Of a stretch of DNA of 41,823 nt, positions 1-10,006 are shown piece after piece. Each line of letters begins with the position of its first letter. The stretch's first letter is position 1. The stretch spans positions 1,678-43,500 of the forward strand of contig QHRT01000087.1 in NCBI GenBank assembly GCA_003220195.1. The letters are read 5' to 3'. The notes beneath the pieces were generated by a model. The model saw only the letters and a program-made list of their open reading frames with translations. It made no database searches and had not been told where the DNA came from. A program made the position numbers and the translations under genes. The stretch comes from Candidatus Rokuibacteriota bacterium (GTDB taxonomy: Bacteria; Methylomirabilota; Methylomirabilia; Rokubacteriales; CSP1-6).

Positions 1-174
1 AGCGATCATCCAATCGCATAATTTTCCCTTACCACTGAACCCCGGTCAAGGAACGCCAGGCAGGATCACGAGCTCGGTTGGCCGCTCCGAGCGCGGGGTT
101 GGCCCGCGCAACGATCGCTTCGAGCCGGTGGGGGGTATCGGGGAGGAGCGGCGGAACGCTCCCCCCGATGTCGA

Positions 175-1023
175 TCAAATCCGCATGGCGCGCAGGCGCG
201 CGATCCGCTCCTCGATCGGGGGATGCGTGGAGAAGAGCCGCATCAGCGCCTGCCCGCTCAGGGGATTCACGATGAAGAGATGCGCGGTGGCCGGATTGGC
301 CTGCATCGGTACGGATTGCGAGGCGACCTCCAGCTTGCCGAGAGCTTGCGCCAGTCCCCAGCTACGACCGGCCAGACGCGCGCCCGTGGCGTCGGCCTGG
401 AACTCCCGCGCGCGCGAGACCGCGAGCTGCACGAGCATCGCCGCGATCGGCGCGAGGACGGCCATCAGGACGAGCGCGATCGGATTGCTTCCGCGTTCCT
501 CGTCGTCGCTCCGGCCCCCGCCGAACATCGCCGCCCACTGCGCCATGTGCGCGAGATAGGTGATCGCTCCGGCGAGCGTGGCCGCGAGCGTCGAGATCAG
601 GACGTCGCGGTTCTTCACGTGAGACAGCTCGTGCGCGAGGACGCCCTCGAGCTCGTCCTCGTTCATGATCCGCAAGATGCCTTCCGTGACGGCGACCGCC
701 GCGTGCTCCGGGTTCCGGCCGGTCGCGAACGCATTCGGCGAGTCGTCGGGGATCAGGTAGATGGGCGGCATCGGGATGCCGGCCCGGGTCGCCAGCCGCC
801 GCACGATCGCGAAGAGCCCTGGCGCCTGCGACTCGTCGAGCGGCTGGGCCCGGTACATCGCGAGCACCATCTTGTCCGAGAACCAGTAGCTGAAAAAGTT
901 CATGGCGATGGCCAGAACGAACGCCACCAGCATGCCCTGACGCCCCCCGAAAGCGCCTCCGAGAAGCACCAGCATCGCGGTCAGCACGGCAAGGAGGAGG
1001 CCGGTCTTGAAGACGTTGGACAT
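175..1023 (-). CDS. htpX: Zinc metalloprotease HtpX (M48)
   Basis: [15 protein letters not shown] zinc motif, [16 protein letters not shown]. Start set at MSNVFKT (ATG 1023). Confidence 0.95.
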   Translation of the reverse strand: MSNVFKTGLLLAVLTAMLVLLGGAFGGRQGMLVAFVLAIAMNFFSYWFSDKMVLAMYRAQPLDESQAPGLFAIVRRLATRAGIPMPPIYLIPDDSPNAFATGRNPEHAAVAVTEGILRIMNEDELEGVLAHELSHVKNRDVLISTLAATLAGAITYLAHMAQWAAMFGGGRSDDEERGSNPIALVLMAVLAPIAAMLVQLAVSRAREFQADATGARLAGRSWGLAQALGKLEVASQSVPMQANPATAHLFIVNPLSGQALMRLFSTHPPIEERIARLRAMRI

Positions 1024-1065
1024 GCTGAGAGCGTAGCACAGGGCGAGGTCGGCAGCCCAAACGCC

Positions 1066-1094
1066 TTGACTTGAGGGCGGGCGGCCCATATACT
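1066..1094 (+). promoter_or_regulatory. Sigma70-type promoter of the yceD-rpmF-fab operon
   Basis: TTGACT (1066-1071), 17 nt spacer, TATACT (1089-1094). Confidence 0.75.
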
Positions 1095-1135
1095 GGCCGG
1101 GTTTAACCAAAACTTCTTTGCTGACAGAGACTTAC

Positions 1136-1648
1136 ATGATCATCAGGGTCTCGGAACTTTCACCCGAAGGTCTCGACGTTCGGGACGCGAGACAGTTCTC
1201 GACGCCCGCGTTCACGGATCCCGAGTGGCGGCTCGACGGGGTGGACCTCCACGTGCAGCCGGATGGCGACGACGTGACCGTGCAGGGCACCATAGAGGCG
1301 ACCGTTCCGCTGGCGTGCGGCCGGTGTCTCGAGTCCCTGCCGACGCACGTCAATGTGCTGGTCGACGTTCGCCTGACGCCCCGTCCTGCGGCCCGAGACG
1401 ACCTGGAGCTCGGCGCTGACGACCTCGACACGGACTTCTACGCGAACGACGAGCTCGATCTCGGCGCGCTGATCCAGACCGAGACGACGCTCGCGCTGCC
1501 GATGAAGCCCTTGTGCCGAGAAGACTGCCGGGGTCTTTGCCCGGCCTGTGGTATGAACCGTAACCTGACGCCCTGCGAGTGCCGGGAGCAGAAGCCCGAT
1601 CCCCGGCTGGCGGTTCTCTCGCAGTGGTCCGCGCGCCGCAAAGGCTGA
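1136..1648 (+). CDS. yceD: DUF177/YceD family protein
   Basis: CGRCL and [19 protein letters not shown] motifs, DPRLAVL tail, directly upstream of rpmF. Confidence 0.92.
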   Translation: MIIRVSELSPEGLDVRDARQFSTPAFTDPEWRLDGVDLHVQPDGDDVTVQGTIEATVPLACGRCLESLPTHVNVLVDVRLTPRPAARDDLELGADDLDTDFYANDELDLGALIQTETTLALPMKPLCREDCRGLCPACGMNRNLTPCECREQKPDPRLAVLSQWSARRKG

Positions 1649-1665
1649 GCGAGGAGCATCGAACC

Positions 1666-1848
1666 ATGCCGCTGCCGAAACGCCGTCACTCGAAGACGCG
1701 CGGGCGCAAGCGTCGCACGCACTACAAGCTCGCCGCACCGACCCGCTCGGTGTGCCCGCAGTGTCGCGAGGTGAAGCTGCCGCATCGCGTGTGCCCGAAA
1801 TGCGGGTACTACCGGGGCCGGGAGATCGTCGCCGTCGAAGGGACCTGA
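1666..1848 (+). CDS. rpmF: 50S ribosomal protein L32
   Basis: [17 protein letters not shown]...CPQC...[13 protein letters not shown]. Confidence 0.97.
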   Translation: MPLPKRRHSKTRGRKRRTHYKLAAPTRSVCPQCREVKLPHRVCPKCGYYRGREIVAVEGT

Positions 1849-1881
1849 GGCCGCAGTCGAGCGCCCCCGGCACAATTGCAG

Positions 1882-2904
1882 ATGAAGATCGCGGTTGACG
1901 CGATGGGCGGCGACAACGCCCCGGCGGTCGTGGTCGAAGGCGCCGTCGCCGCCGTGCGCGAGCTCGGCGCCTCCGTCATCCTGGTCGGCGACAGCGCCGC
2001 GATCGAGCAGGAACTGGCCCGGCTCGGCCCCGCGGACGCCGGCGTGGACGTGCGCCACGCCTCCCAGGTCGTCAGCATGGCCGAGAGCCCGTCTCACGCC
2101 CTGCGCCGCAAAAGAGATTCCTCGCTGCGCATCGCGGCCGAGCTCGTTCGCGACGGCAAGGCGTCGGCGTTCGTGTCCGCCGGCAATACCGGCGCCGCGA
2201 TGGCGATCTCGATGTTCGTGATCGGTGTGCTGCGGGGCGTCGATCGACCGGCGATCGCCGCGGTGCTGCCGAATCTGAAGAAGTTCACGGTGCTGCTCGA
2301 CGTCGGCGCGAACGTCGATCCGAAGCCGTGGCACATGTTCCAGTTCGCCGTGATGGGCAACGTCTACGCGCGCGACATCCTCGGGATCGACACGCCGCGC
2401 GTCGGGCTCCTGTCGGTCGGCGCGGAGGAGGGCAAGGGGAACGAGCTGACGAAAGAAGCCTACGACCAGCTGAAGGAATCGTCGCTGAACTTCGTCGGCA
2501 ACGTCGAAGGGCGCGACATCTACAACGGGCACTGCGACGTCGTCGTGACCGACGGGTTCACCGGGAACGTCGCGCTGAAGATCTCCGAGAGCCTCGCCGA
2601 GATGCTCGGCGCGATGATCAAGGAAGAGCTCCATCGGGACGTGCGGTCCAAGGTCGGCGCGAAGCTGGCGATGCCCGCGTTCCAGCGCTTCCGCCGGCGC
2701 GTCGACTACACCGAGATGGGTGGCGCGCCACTGCTCGGCATCGACGGCGCGGCCATCGTCTGTCACGGCTCTTCACCGTCGAAGGCCATCAAGAATGCGG
2801 TACGAGTCGCCGCCGAATGGGCGCGAGCCGGCCTGAACGAGCACATCAAGGCCGCGCTCGAGGCCGAGATGACCCACGGCAGTCGAGAGGGGAATCGCGA
2901 ATGA
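1882..2904 (+). CDS. plsX: Phosphate acyltransferase PlsX
   Basis: IAVDAMGGDNAP, SAGNTGA, DGFTGNVALK, GGAPLLG, CHGSS. Confidence 0.96.
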   Translation: MKIAVDAMGGDNAPAVVVEGAVAAVRELGASVILVGDSAAIEQELARLGPADAGVDVRHASQVVSMAESPSHALRRKRDSSLRIAAELVRDGKASAFVSAGNTGAAMAISMFVIGVLRGVDRPAIAAVLPNLKKFTVLLDVGANVDPKPWHMFQFAVMGNVYARDILGIDTPRVGLLSVGAEEGKGNELTKEAYDQLKESSLNFVGNVEGRDIYNGHCDVVVTDGFTGNVALKISESLAEMLGAMIKEELHRDVRSKVGAKLAMPAFQRFRRRVDYTEMGGAPLLGIDGAAIVCHGSSPSKAIKNAVRVAAEWARAGLNEHIKAALEAEMTHGSREGNRE

Positions 2905-3881
2905 TCCGGGGCAAGATCGTCGGCATCGGCGCCTACGCGCCCAAGCGCATCCTGACCAATCACGACCTCGAGCGGATGGTCGCGACGAGCGACGAGTGGA
3001 TCGTCCAGCGGAGCGGCATCCGCCAGCGCCACGTTATCGAGGAGGGCGAGACGACGTCGGATCTCGCCGTGCGCGCCGCGCAGCAGGCCCTCGAGCGCGC
3101 GAACCTCACACCGGACGACGTCGATTTCATCGTGGTCGGCACGACGACCGCCGATATGCAGTTCCCCTCGACCGCGAATTTCGTCCAGGGGAAGCTGGGC
3201 TGCCGGCGGATCGGCTCGGTCGACGTATGGGCCGCGTGCACCGGATCGATCTACGGGCTCGCCGTCGGCTCGCAGTTCGTGCAGACGGGGAAATACCGTC
3301 GCGTGCTGGTGATCGGCGCCGAAGCGCTCTCGCGGATCACCGACTGGACCGACCGCTCGACGTGCGTGCTGCTCGCCGACGCCGCCGGCGCCGTCGTCCT
3401 CGAAGCGTGCGAGGACGGCCGCGGCGTGATCGACGCCGATCTCTACTCCGACGCTCGGCACTGGGAATTGCTCTACATGCCGGGCGGCGGCGCCCAGTAT
3501 CCGGCGTCGCACGAGACCGTGGACCAGCGCATGCACTTCGCCAAGATGCGGGGCAACGAGCTGTTCAAGGTCGCCGTCCGCATGTTCGTCGAGTGCGCGT
3601 CGACGCTGCTCGAGCGCCACGGCCTGAAGGTGAGCGACATCGATCTGTTCGTCCCGCACCAGGCGAACCTCCGCATCATCGAGGCGGCCGCGAAGAGACT
3701 CGACATGCCGATGGACCGGGTCTTCGTGAACGTCGACCGCTACGGCAACACGGGCGCCGCGTCGGTCTACGTCGCGCTGGAGGAGGCCGTCGCCGCCGGC
3801 CGCGTCCGCGCGGGCGACCTGATCTTGTTGGCGGCCTTTGGCGGCGGGGTCACGTGGGGCGCCGCGCTGCTGCGCTGGTAG
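2901..3881 (+). CDS. fabH: 3-oxoacyl-ACP synthase III
   Basis: AACTG, PHQAN and GNTGAAS catalytic motifs. ATGA overlap with plsX. Confidence 0.95.
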   Translation: MIRGKIVGIGAYAPKRILTNHDLERMVATSDEWIVQRSGIRQRHVIEEGETTSDLAVRAAQQALERANLTPDDVDFIVVGTTTADMQFPSTANFVQGKLGCRRIGSVDVWAACTGSIYGLAVGSQFVQTGKYRRVLVIGAEALSRITDWTDRSTCVLLADAAGAVVLEACEDGRGVIDADLYSDARHWELLYMPGGGAQYPASHETVDQRMHFAKMRGNELFKVAVRMFVECASTLLERHGLKVSDIDLFVPHQANLRIIEAAAKRLDMPMDRVFVNVDRYGNTGAASVYVALEEAVAAGRVRAGDLILLAAFGGGVTWGAALLRW

Positions 3882-3894
3882 GTCTCGCGTCGCG

Positions 3895-4830
3895 ATGATC
3901 GCGTTTCTGTTCCCCGGTCAGGGGTCACAAGCCATCGGCATGGCGCGCGCGTTCTACGAGAACTCGCCGGCGGCCCGTCGCGTCGTCGACGAGGCGAACG
4001 ACGTCCTCGGCTTCGACCTGCGGCGGCTCATGTTCGAAGGGCCGGAGGCGGAGCTCGTCCTGACGGCGAACACGCAACCGGCCGTCCTCACGGCGAGCGT
4101 CGCCGCCGCCGCCGCGTGCGCCGAGCGCGGGCTCCGACCGGGCCTGGCCGCCGGGCACAGCCTGGGCGAGTACTCGGCGTTCGTCGTCGCCGGCGCGCTC
4201 GCGTTCCCGGACGCGGTGCGCACGGTCAGGAAGCGCGGCGAGTTCATGCAGGAGGCCGTGCCGATCGGCACCGGCGCGATGGCCGCGCTCATGGGCATGG
4301 AGCTCGACAAGGTCGACGAAGTGTGTCGTGAGGCGGCGGATGGCGAGGTCGTGGAGGTCGCCAACGTCAACTCCGAGGGCCAGATCGTGATCGCGGGGCA
4401 TCGCGCGGCGGTCGAGCGGGCGCTCGCGCTCGCCACCGGCCGCGGCGGGCGCAAGAGCGTGATGCTGCCGGTGAGCGCGCCGTTCCACACGTCGCTCATG
4501 ACGGGAGCCGCCGACCGCCTGGCGCGCGAGCTCGAGAGCGTGCCCGTGCTCGATCCCGCGATTCCGATCGCCCGCAACGTGGACGGCGAGTTCGTGCGTC
4601 GCGCCGCCGACGTCACGCCCTCCCTCTTGCGGCAGGTGGCGAGCCCGGTGCGCTGGACGGCGTGCGTGGAGCGTCTCGCGCACGAAGGCGCCACCACCTT
4701 CGTCGAGGTCGGTCCCGGGCGCGTGCTGACGGGCTTGCTCCGGCGGATCGTCGACGGCGCGCGTGGCCACTCGATCGAGGATCCCCTCACGCTCGACAAG
4801 ACGCTGTCCGCGCTCGCGGTCGCGCGATGA
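3895..4830 (+). CDS. fabD: Malonyl-CoA:ACP transacylase
   Basis: FPGQGSQ, GHSLGEY, VSAPFH, EVGPG. Confidence 0.96.
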   Translation: MIAFLFPGQGSQAIGMARAFYENSPAARRVVDEANDVLGFDLRRLMFEGPEAELVLTANTQPAVLTASVAAAAACAERGLRPGLAAGHSLGEYSAFVVAGALAFPDAVRTVRKRGEFMQEAVPIGTGAMAALMGMELDKVDEVCREAADGEVVEVANVNSEGQIVIAGHRAAVERALALATGRGGRKSVMLPVSAPFHTSLMTGAADRLARELESVPVLDPAIPIARNVDGEFVRRAADVTPSLLRQVASPVRWTACVERLAHEGATTFVEVGPGRVLTGLLRRIVDGARGHSIEDPLTLDKTLSALAVAR

Positions 4831-5582
4831 CGGGTGGGGAAACCCCGCTCGCGGAACGGGTGGCGATCGTCACCGGTGGGACTCGGGGCATCGGCCTCGC
4901 GATCGCCACACGGTTGGCGGAGGACGGAGCCGCCGTGGTAGTCTCGGGCCGCGACGCCGCCCGGCTCGAAGGCGCGGTGAAGGATCTCGAAGCTCTCGGC
5001 GGCCCGGTGCTCGGCATCACGGCCGACGTGGCGACCCGGGAGGACGCGGATCGCGTGTGCGAGACGGCGAAGAGTCGGTTCGGTCGCATCGATGTCCTCG
5101 TCAACAACGCCGGCATCACCCGCGACGCCTTGCTCATCCGGATGAAAGACGACGACTGGGACCAGGTCCTCGACGTGAATCTCCGCGGCGCGTTCCTGAT
5201 GACGCGCGCCGCCGCGCGCACGATGGTGCGGCAGAAAAGCGGTCGCGTGATCAACGTCACGTCGGCCGCCGGTGCCATGGGCAACCCCGGCCAGGCCAAT
5301 TACTCGGCGGCGAAGGCCGGGCTGATCGGCCTCACCAAGTCGGCCGCGCGCGAGCTCGCGCACTGGTCCATTCTGGTCAACGCGGTCGCCCCGGGGCTGA
5401 TCGACACCGACATGACCGCCGCGCTTCCGGCCGCCGCCCGCCAGGCGCTGCTCGCGCAGGTGCCGCTGGGCCGGATCGGGACCGCGCGCGACGTCGCCGA
5501 GATGGTAGGATTCCTCGCCGGAGACGCGGCGGGCTACATCACCGGGCAGGTGTTCCACGTCAATGGCGGCCTGTACATGTAG
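4827..5582 (+). CDS. fabG: 3-oxoacyl-ACP reductase
   Basis: TGGTRGIG, NNAGITRD, GQANYSAAK. Operon context. Confidence 0.95.
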   Translation: MTGGETPLAERVAIVTGGTRGIGLAIATRLAEDGAAVVVSGRDAARLEGAVKDLEALGGPVLGITADVATREDADRVCETAKSRFGRIDVLVNNAGITRDALLIRMKDDDWDQVLDVNLRGAFLMTRAAARTMVRQKSGRVINVTSAAGAMGNPGQANYSAAKAGLIGLTKSAARELAHWSILVNAVAPGLIDTDMTAALPAAARQALLAQVPLGRIGTARDVAEMVGFLAGDAAGYITGQVFHVNGGLYM

Positions 5583-5672
5583 AGTTCGTGAAACCATCGC
5601 CCGTACGACGGACGATGGTCTCCACGAACTGCATCGCCGTTCATCAACGTTCTTCTGGGAGGTGACGGGCTC

Positions 5673-5909
5673 ATGGCGAAGTCAGTGGAGGAGCGGGTGA
5701 AGGAGATCATCGTCGAGCAACTCGGCGTCGACGAAGACGACGTCACCCCGAACGCGAAGTTCATCGAGGATCTCGGTGCGGACTCGCTGGACACCGTCGA
5801 GCTCGTCATGGCGCTCGAGGAGCATTTCGACATCCAGATCCCGGACGAGGACGCGGAGAAGATCGTGACGGTGGGGGACGCGATCCAGTACATCAAGGAC
5901 AACTCCTGA
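5673..5909 (+). CDS. acpP: Acyl carrier protein
   Basis: [20 protein letters not shown] upstream. Confidence 0.97.
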   Translation: MAKSVEERVKEIIVEQLGVDEDDVTPNAKFIEDLGADSLDTVELVMALEEHFDIQIPDEDAEKIVTVGDAIQYIKDNS

Positions 5910-5947
5910 GCGATCCGGGTCCGTGAGGGTCTCGTGAGGAACGCCCC

Positions 5948-7192
5948 GTGAGCCGCCGCGTCGTCGTCACCGGGCTCGGCGCGCTGACCCCGCTCGGCAA
6001 CACCACCGACGAGTTCTGGGCCGGCCTGCGCGACGGGCGGTCGGGCATCGGGCCCATCACCAAGTTCGACGCCACCGGCTTTCCGACGCGCATCGCGGGC
6101 GAGGTCCGCGACTTCGATCCGCTGAAGTACGTCGACCGGAAGGACGCGCGGCGTCTCGACCCGTATCTGATGTATGCGATGGCCGCGGCGATCATGGCCG
6201 TGGAGGACTCGGGTCTCGACGCCGCGAAGACGGATCCGACCCGGTTCGGCGTGATGATCGGGTCCGGGATCGGCGGGATCACGACGCTGCTCGACGCGCA
6301 CCAGAACATGCTGACGAAAGGCCCCGATCGCGTCTCGCCGTTCTTCATTCCGATGCTGATCATCAACATGGCGTCCGGGCTCGTCTCGATGCGGTTCGGC
6401 GCGAAAGGCCCGAACTCGTCCGTGGTCACCGCGTGCGCCACCGGCAACCACGCGATCGGCGACGCCTTCAAGATCATCCAGCGCGGCGCCGCCGACGTGA
6501 TGCTGGCTGGCGGCGCCGAGGCGATCATCGTGCCGCTCACCATCGCCGGCTTCTGCTCGATGAAGGCGATGTCGACTCGCAACGAGGAGCCCGAGAAGGC
6601 CTCGCGCCCGTTCGATCTCGACCGTGACGGGTTCGTGTGCGGCGAGGGCGCCGGCGTCGTGCTGGTGGAAGCGCTCGACCACGCTCGAGCGCGCGACGCG
6701 CGCGTGTACGCCGAGGTCGTCGGGTACGGCATGACGGGCGACGCGCACCACATGACCGCGCCGGACCCGGATGGCGACGGCGCCTACCGGGCGATGCGGG
6801 CGGCGCTGGCCGACGGCGGGCTCGCGCCCGAAGACGTCGGCTACGTCAACGCGCACGGGACCTCGACGCCCTACAACGACAAGTTCGAGACGCTGGCGAT
6901 CAAGCGCGCGTTCGGGGATCACGCGCGCCGCCTCGCCGTGTCGTCCACGAAGTCCATGACGGGGCATCTGCTCGGCGCGGCCGGCGGCATCGAGGCGATC
7001 GCAACTGTGCTGGCGCTCCACCACGGCATCCTGCCGCCGACGATCAACTACGAGACGCCGGATCCGGACTGCGATCTCGATTACGTTCCGAACCACGCGC
7101 GCAAGCAGGACGTCGAGGTCGCCCTGTCGAACGCCTTCGGCTTCGGCGGGACGAACGCGACGCTGGCGTTCAGGAAGTATCGCGGCGCCTGA
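5948..7192 (+). CDS. fabF: 3-oxoacyl-ACP synthase II
   Basis: [36 protein letters not shown]. Confidence 0.97.
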   Translation: MSRRVVVTGLGALTPLGNTTDEFWAGLRDGRSGIGPITKFDATGFPTRIAGEVRDFDPLKYVDRKDARRLDPYLMYAMAAAIMAVEDSGLDAAKTDPTRFGVMIGSGIGGITTLLDAHQNMLTKGPDRVSPFFIPMLIINMASGLVSMRFGAKGPNSSVVTACATGNHAIGDAFKIIQRGAADVMLAGGAEAIIVPLTIAGFCSMKAMSTRNEEPEKASRPFDLDRDGFVCGEGAGVVLVEALDHARARDARVYAEVVGYGMTGDAHHMTAPDPDGDGAYRAMRAALADGGLAPEDVGYVNAHGTSTPYNDKFETLAIKRAFGDHARRLAVSSTKSMTGHLLGAAGGIEAIATVLALHHGILPPTINYETPDPDCDLDYVPNHARKQDVEVALSNAFGFGGTNATLAFRKYRGA

Positions 7193-7193
7193 T

Positions 7194-7658
7194 CTGGAGG
7201 CCGAGCGGCTCGGCCGGCTCGAGGAGACGCTCGGCTATCGGTTTCGTGATCGCGCGCTGCTCATCCGCGCGCTGACCCACTCCTCGTTCGCCAACGAACA
7301 TCCGCCGGGCTCCCACCACGAAAAGCTCGCGTTGCTCGGTGACGCCGTGCTGTCGCTGGTCGTCGCCGAGCATCTCTACGGCGTCGATCCGGACGCTGGC
7401 GTCGGTGACCTCACGTCACGACGCGCGGAGGTCGTCTCCGGCGCCAACCTCGCGCGGTGGGCGGCGGCGGTGGAACTCGGTGAGGCGCTCCGTCTCGGCC
7501 GCGGCGAAGAGCAGACGGGCGGTCGCACGCGCGCGTCGATTCTCGCGACGACGCTCGAGGCCGTGCTCGGCGTCGTCTATCTCGAGGCCGGGCTCGAAGG
7601 CGCCCGCATGGCGATCGCGCGACTCGCCGGCTGGGGAAACGGCGCGTCGGCGGCGTGA
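7194..7658 (+). CDS. rnc: Ribonuclease III-family nuclease domain only (no dsRBD); start codon uncertain
   Basis: The frame is open upstream of TTG 7332: LEETLGYRFRDRALLIRALTHSS...EKLALLGDAVL...LRLGRGEEQTGGR...ILATTLEAVLG. No ATG/GTG/TTG before the conserved N-terminus, so CTG 7194 is assumed. Confidence 0.8.
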   Translation: MEAERLGRLEETLGYRFRDRALLIRALTHSSFANEHPPGSHHEKLALLGDAVLSLVVAEHLYGVDPDAGVGDLTSRRAEVVSGANLARWAAAVELGEALRLGRGEEQTGGRTRASILATTLEAVLGVVYLEAGLEGARMAIARLAGWGNGASAA

Positions 7659-7670
7659 TACGCTGACTTC

Positions 7671-8816
7671 ATGCGCCTGTGGCCCGCCCGACGGCAGTCG
7701 CCGTCCGGCACGATCACGTCCGACGACCTGCTGATCACCGAGGACGTCTTGCGACGGAACGTCGAAGACGTTCTCCTCGTGCGCGAGCGCGAGTTTCTCG
7801 GCAGCATCGTCGTCTTCCGGGGCAATCTGCTGATGCCGCCCGCGCGCGCGCTCGACATCCTGCTCGAGCGGTTTCGCCGTTTCGGCTACACGCCGTTTCT
7901 GCGCGCCGACGGCGATGCGGTCGTGGTGGAGGCCTGGCCACTGGCGCAGACGGTCGAACGTCAGCGCATCCGCCTCAACGTCGCCCTGTTCATCCTGACC
8001 TGTCTTTCGACCTTGATGGCGGGCGCGTTCTTCTTCGTCGGGTCGCCGACGTTCGACGCGTTCCGCTCGGCCGAGTGGCCGCTGCCGCTCCGATTTCTTG
8101 CCGGCGTCCCGTTCGCCGCCACGCTGATCGGCATCCTCGGCACGCACGAGTTCGGGCATTACTTCACGGCGCGGCACTACAAGGCGTCCGTCAGCCTGCC
8201 GTATTTCATCCCGGCGCCGCCGCCGTTCCTGTTCGGGACGTTCGGGGCCATCATCCGGATGCGATCGCCCGCGCGAGACCGCAATTCACTCTTCGACATC
8301 GCCGTGGCCGGGCCGCTCGCCGGCCTCGCGATCGCAATCCCGACCGCGATCTTCGGACTCGCGTGGTCGAATGTCGCGCCGGCCAACGGTCACTTCACCG
8401 TGTTCGGCGAGTCGCTGCTCTGGAGCCTGCTGGTCCACCTGAAATTCGGCGCGATCCCCGCCGGGATGATGGTCTACACGCATCCGATGGCCGACGCGGC
8501 CTGGGCCGGGTTCCTGGTGACCGCGCTGAACCTCTTTCCGGTCGGGCAGCTCGACGGCGGCCGCATCGCGTATGCGCTCTTCGGCCGGCGTCACCGCGCC
8601 GTCGGCATCGCCACGTTTGCAGCGTTGCTCGGGCTCGGGGCCGTGACCGGCGCGGTGAACTGGTTCGTGTGGGCCGCGCTCCTGTTCTTCATGGTGGGCT
8701 TCCACCACAGTCCGCCGCTGGACGACCTGACGCCGTTGAGCCCCGGCCGTCGGCTGACGGGCATCCTGGCCCTGGTGCTGCTCGTCCTCCTCGTCCCCCC
8801 GATTCCGATCGGCTAG
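7671..8816 (+). CDS. Site-2 protease (M50 family)
   Basis: HEFGH, DIAVAGPLAG and NLFPVGQLDGG motifs. Multiple TM segments. Confidence 0.92.
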   Translation: MRLWPARRQSPSGTITSDDLLITEDVLRRNVEDVLLVREREFLGSIVVFRGNLLMPPARALDILLERFRRFGYTPFLRADGDAVVVEAWPLAQTVERQRIRLNVALFILTCLSTLMAGAFFFVGSPTFDAFRSAEWPLPLRFLAGVPFAATLIGILGTHEFGHYFTARHYKASVSLPYFIPAPPPFLFGTFGAIIRMRSPARDRNSLFDIAVAGPLAGLAIAIPTAIFGLAWSNVAPANGHFTVFGESLLWSLLVHLKFGAIPAGMMVYTHPMADAAWAGFLVTALNLFPVGQLDGGRIAYALFGRRHRAVGIATFAALLGLGAVTGAVNWFVWAALLFFMVGFHHSPPLDDLTPLSPGRRLTGILALVLLVLLVPPIPIG

Positions 8817-8817
8817 C

Positions 8818-8986
8818 GCAGGCGGCTGATAAAGGCCCATCTGCTTCGTTGGCGCCCACGGGTGCGTCCTCGCACCCCTCGGCCGCACGCTCAACGTACA
8901 GGGAGTACGTCTCGCGTGCGGGCTCAGGCGCATTCGATGCGCCTCTCGGGCGCCGCCTCGCATCTGGACCTTTCTCAGCCCCCTGC
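8818..8986. repeat. Structured MITE/REP-like element, copy 1
   Basis: Imperfect 22 bp TIR (gcaggcggctgataaaggccca / tggacctttctcagccccctgc), internal hairpins, homologous to the reverse complement of 24687-24859. Confidence 0.85.
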
Positions 8987-9220
8987 TGGTGGGCAGGGGC
9001 CAGATCCTTCACAGGAACGCAACGCGCCTCGTCAGCCAGTTGCGCTAATATCCGCGCCATGGCCGCGGGTGTTTCTCCTTCGCACGACCGACGTCGCGGG
9101 ATGATGCGTCCACTCCCGACATCACCCCACTCGGGTCGGCGTGCCACGGCGACGATCGCGATCGGCTCGGCATCATGGATATGACGGTGAGCATCGTGGC
9201 GACCGGGTGAGAGAAACCAC

Positions 9221-9985
9221 ATGGGAGATCGGCTCAGAGGAAAGACGGCGCTCATCACCGGCGCCGGCATGGGGATCGGGCGCGAGGCGGCGCAGCTCTT
9301 CGCCGCCGAAGGCGCCAGGGTGGTCGTTGCGGACATCGACGCGAAGGCCGCGAAGGAGACGGTGAGCCGGATCGAGGCCGCCGGCGGCGAGGCGCTGGCC
9401 GTCGTCGGCGACGTCGCAATGGAGAGCGACGTCGAGCGCATGGTCGCCGAGGGCGTCGCGCGCTTGGGCGGATTGCACGTGCTTTACAACAACGCCGGCG
9501 TGCTCTGGAAGGACCGCGACCGCTCGGTGCTCGAGACGGATCCGGCGTGGTGGGACCGCGTGATGGCGATCAACTTGAAATCCGTGTTCTGGGTCACCAA
9601 GCACGGCATCCCGCATCTCCAGCGCGCGGGCGGCGGCTCGATCGTGCTCATGGGGTCGGTGTCGGCGCTCGTCGGGTTCACCCGCGCCCAGGACGCTTAC
9701 ACGTGCGCGAAGGGAGCCCTGATCTCGCTCACGAAGTCGCTCGCGATCCAGTTCGCGAAGGACCGGATCCGCTGCAACATTATTCATCCTGGCATCGTCG
9801 ATACACCGCTCCAGGCGCCGTATCTCACCGACCAGCTCCGCAAGGAGTTCGAGACCGGCATTCCGATCGGCCGGATCGCCCGGCCGCGCGAGATCGCGAA
9901 CGTGGCGCTGTTTCTCGCGAGCGAGGAGTCGTCGTACATGACCGGCGCCGAGCTCGTGGTGGACGGCGGCTTCACGGCGGGCTGA
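9221..9985 (+). CDS. Short-chain dehydrogenase/reductase
   Basis: TGAGMGIG, NNAG, YTCAK (YxxxK), VDGG. Confidence 0.92.
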   Translation: MGDRLRGKTALITGAGMGIGREAAQLFAAEGARVVVADIDAKAAKETVSRIEAAGGEALAVVGDVAMESDVERMVAEGVARLGGLHVLYNNAGVLWKDRDRSVLETDPAWWDRVMAINLKSVFWVTKHGIPHLQRAGGGSIVLMGSVSALVGFTRAQDAYTCAKGALISLTKSLAIQFAKDRIRCNIIHPGIVDTPLQAPYLTDQLRKEFETGIPIGRIARPREIANVALFLASEESSYMTGAELVVDGGFTAG

Positions 9986-10006
9986 GCCCACACAAGGAGA
10001 TTCTTG

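Noticed and set aside
8862-9104. Small ORFs across the repeat copies (also 24562-24958)
   Set aside because: They are translations of the repeat element with no independent coding evidence.
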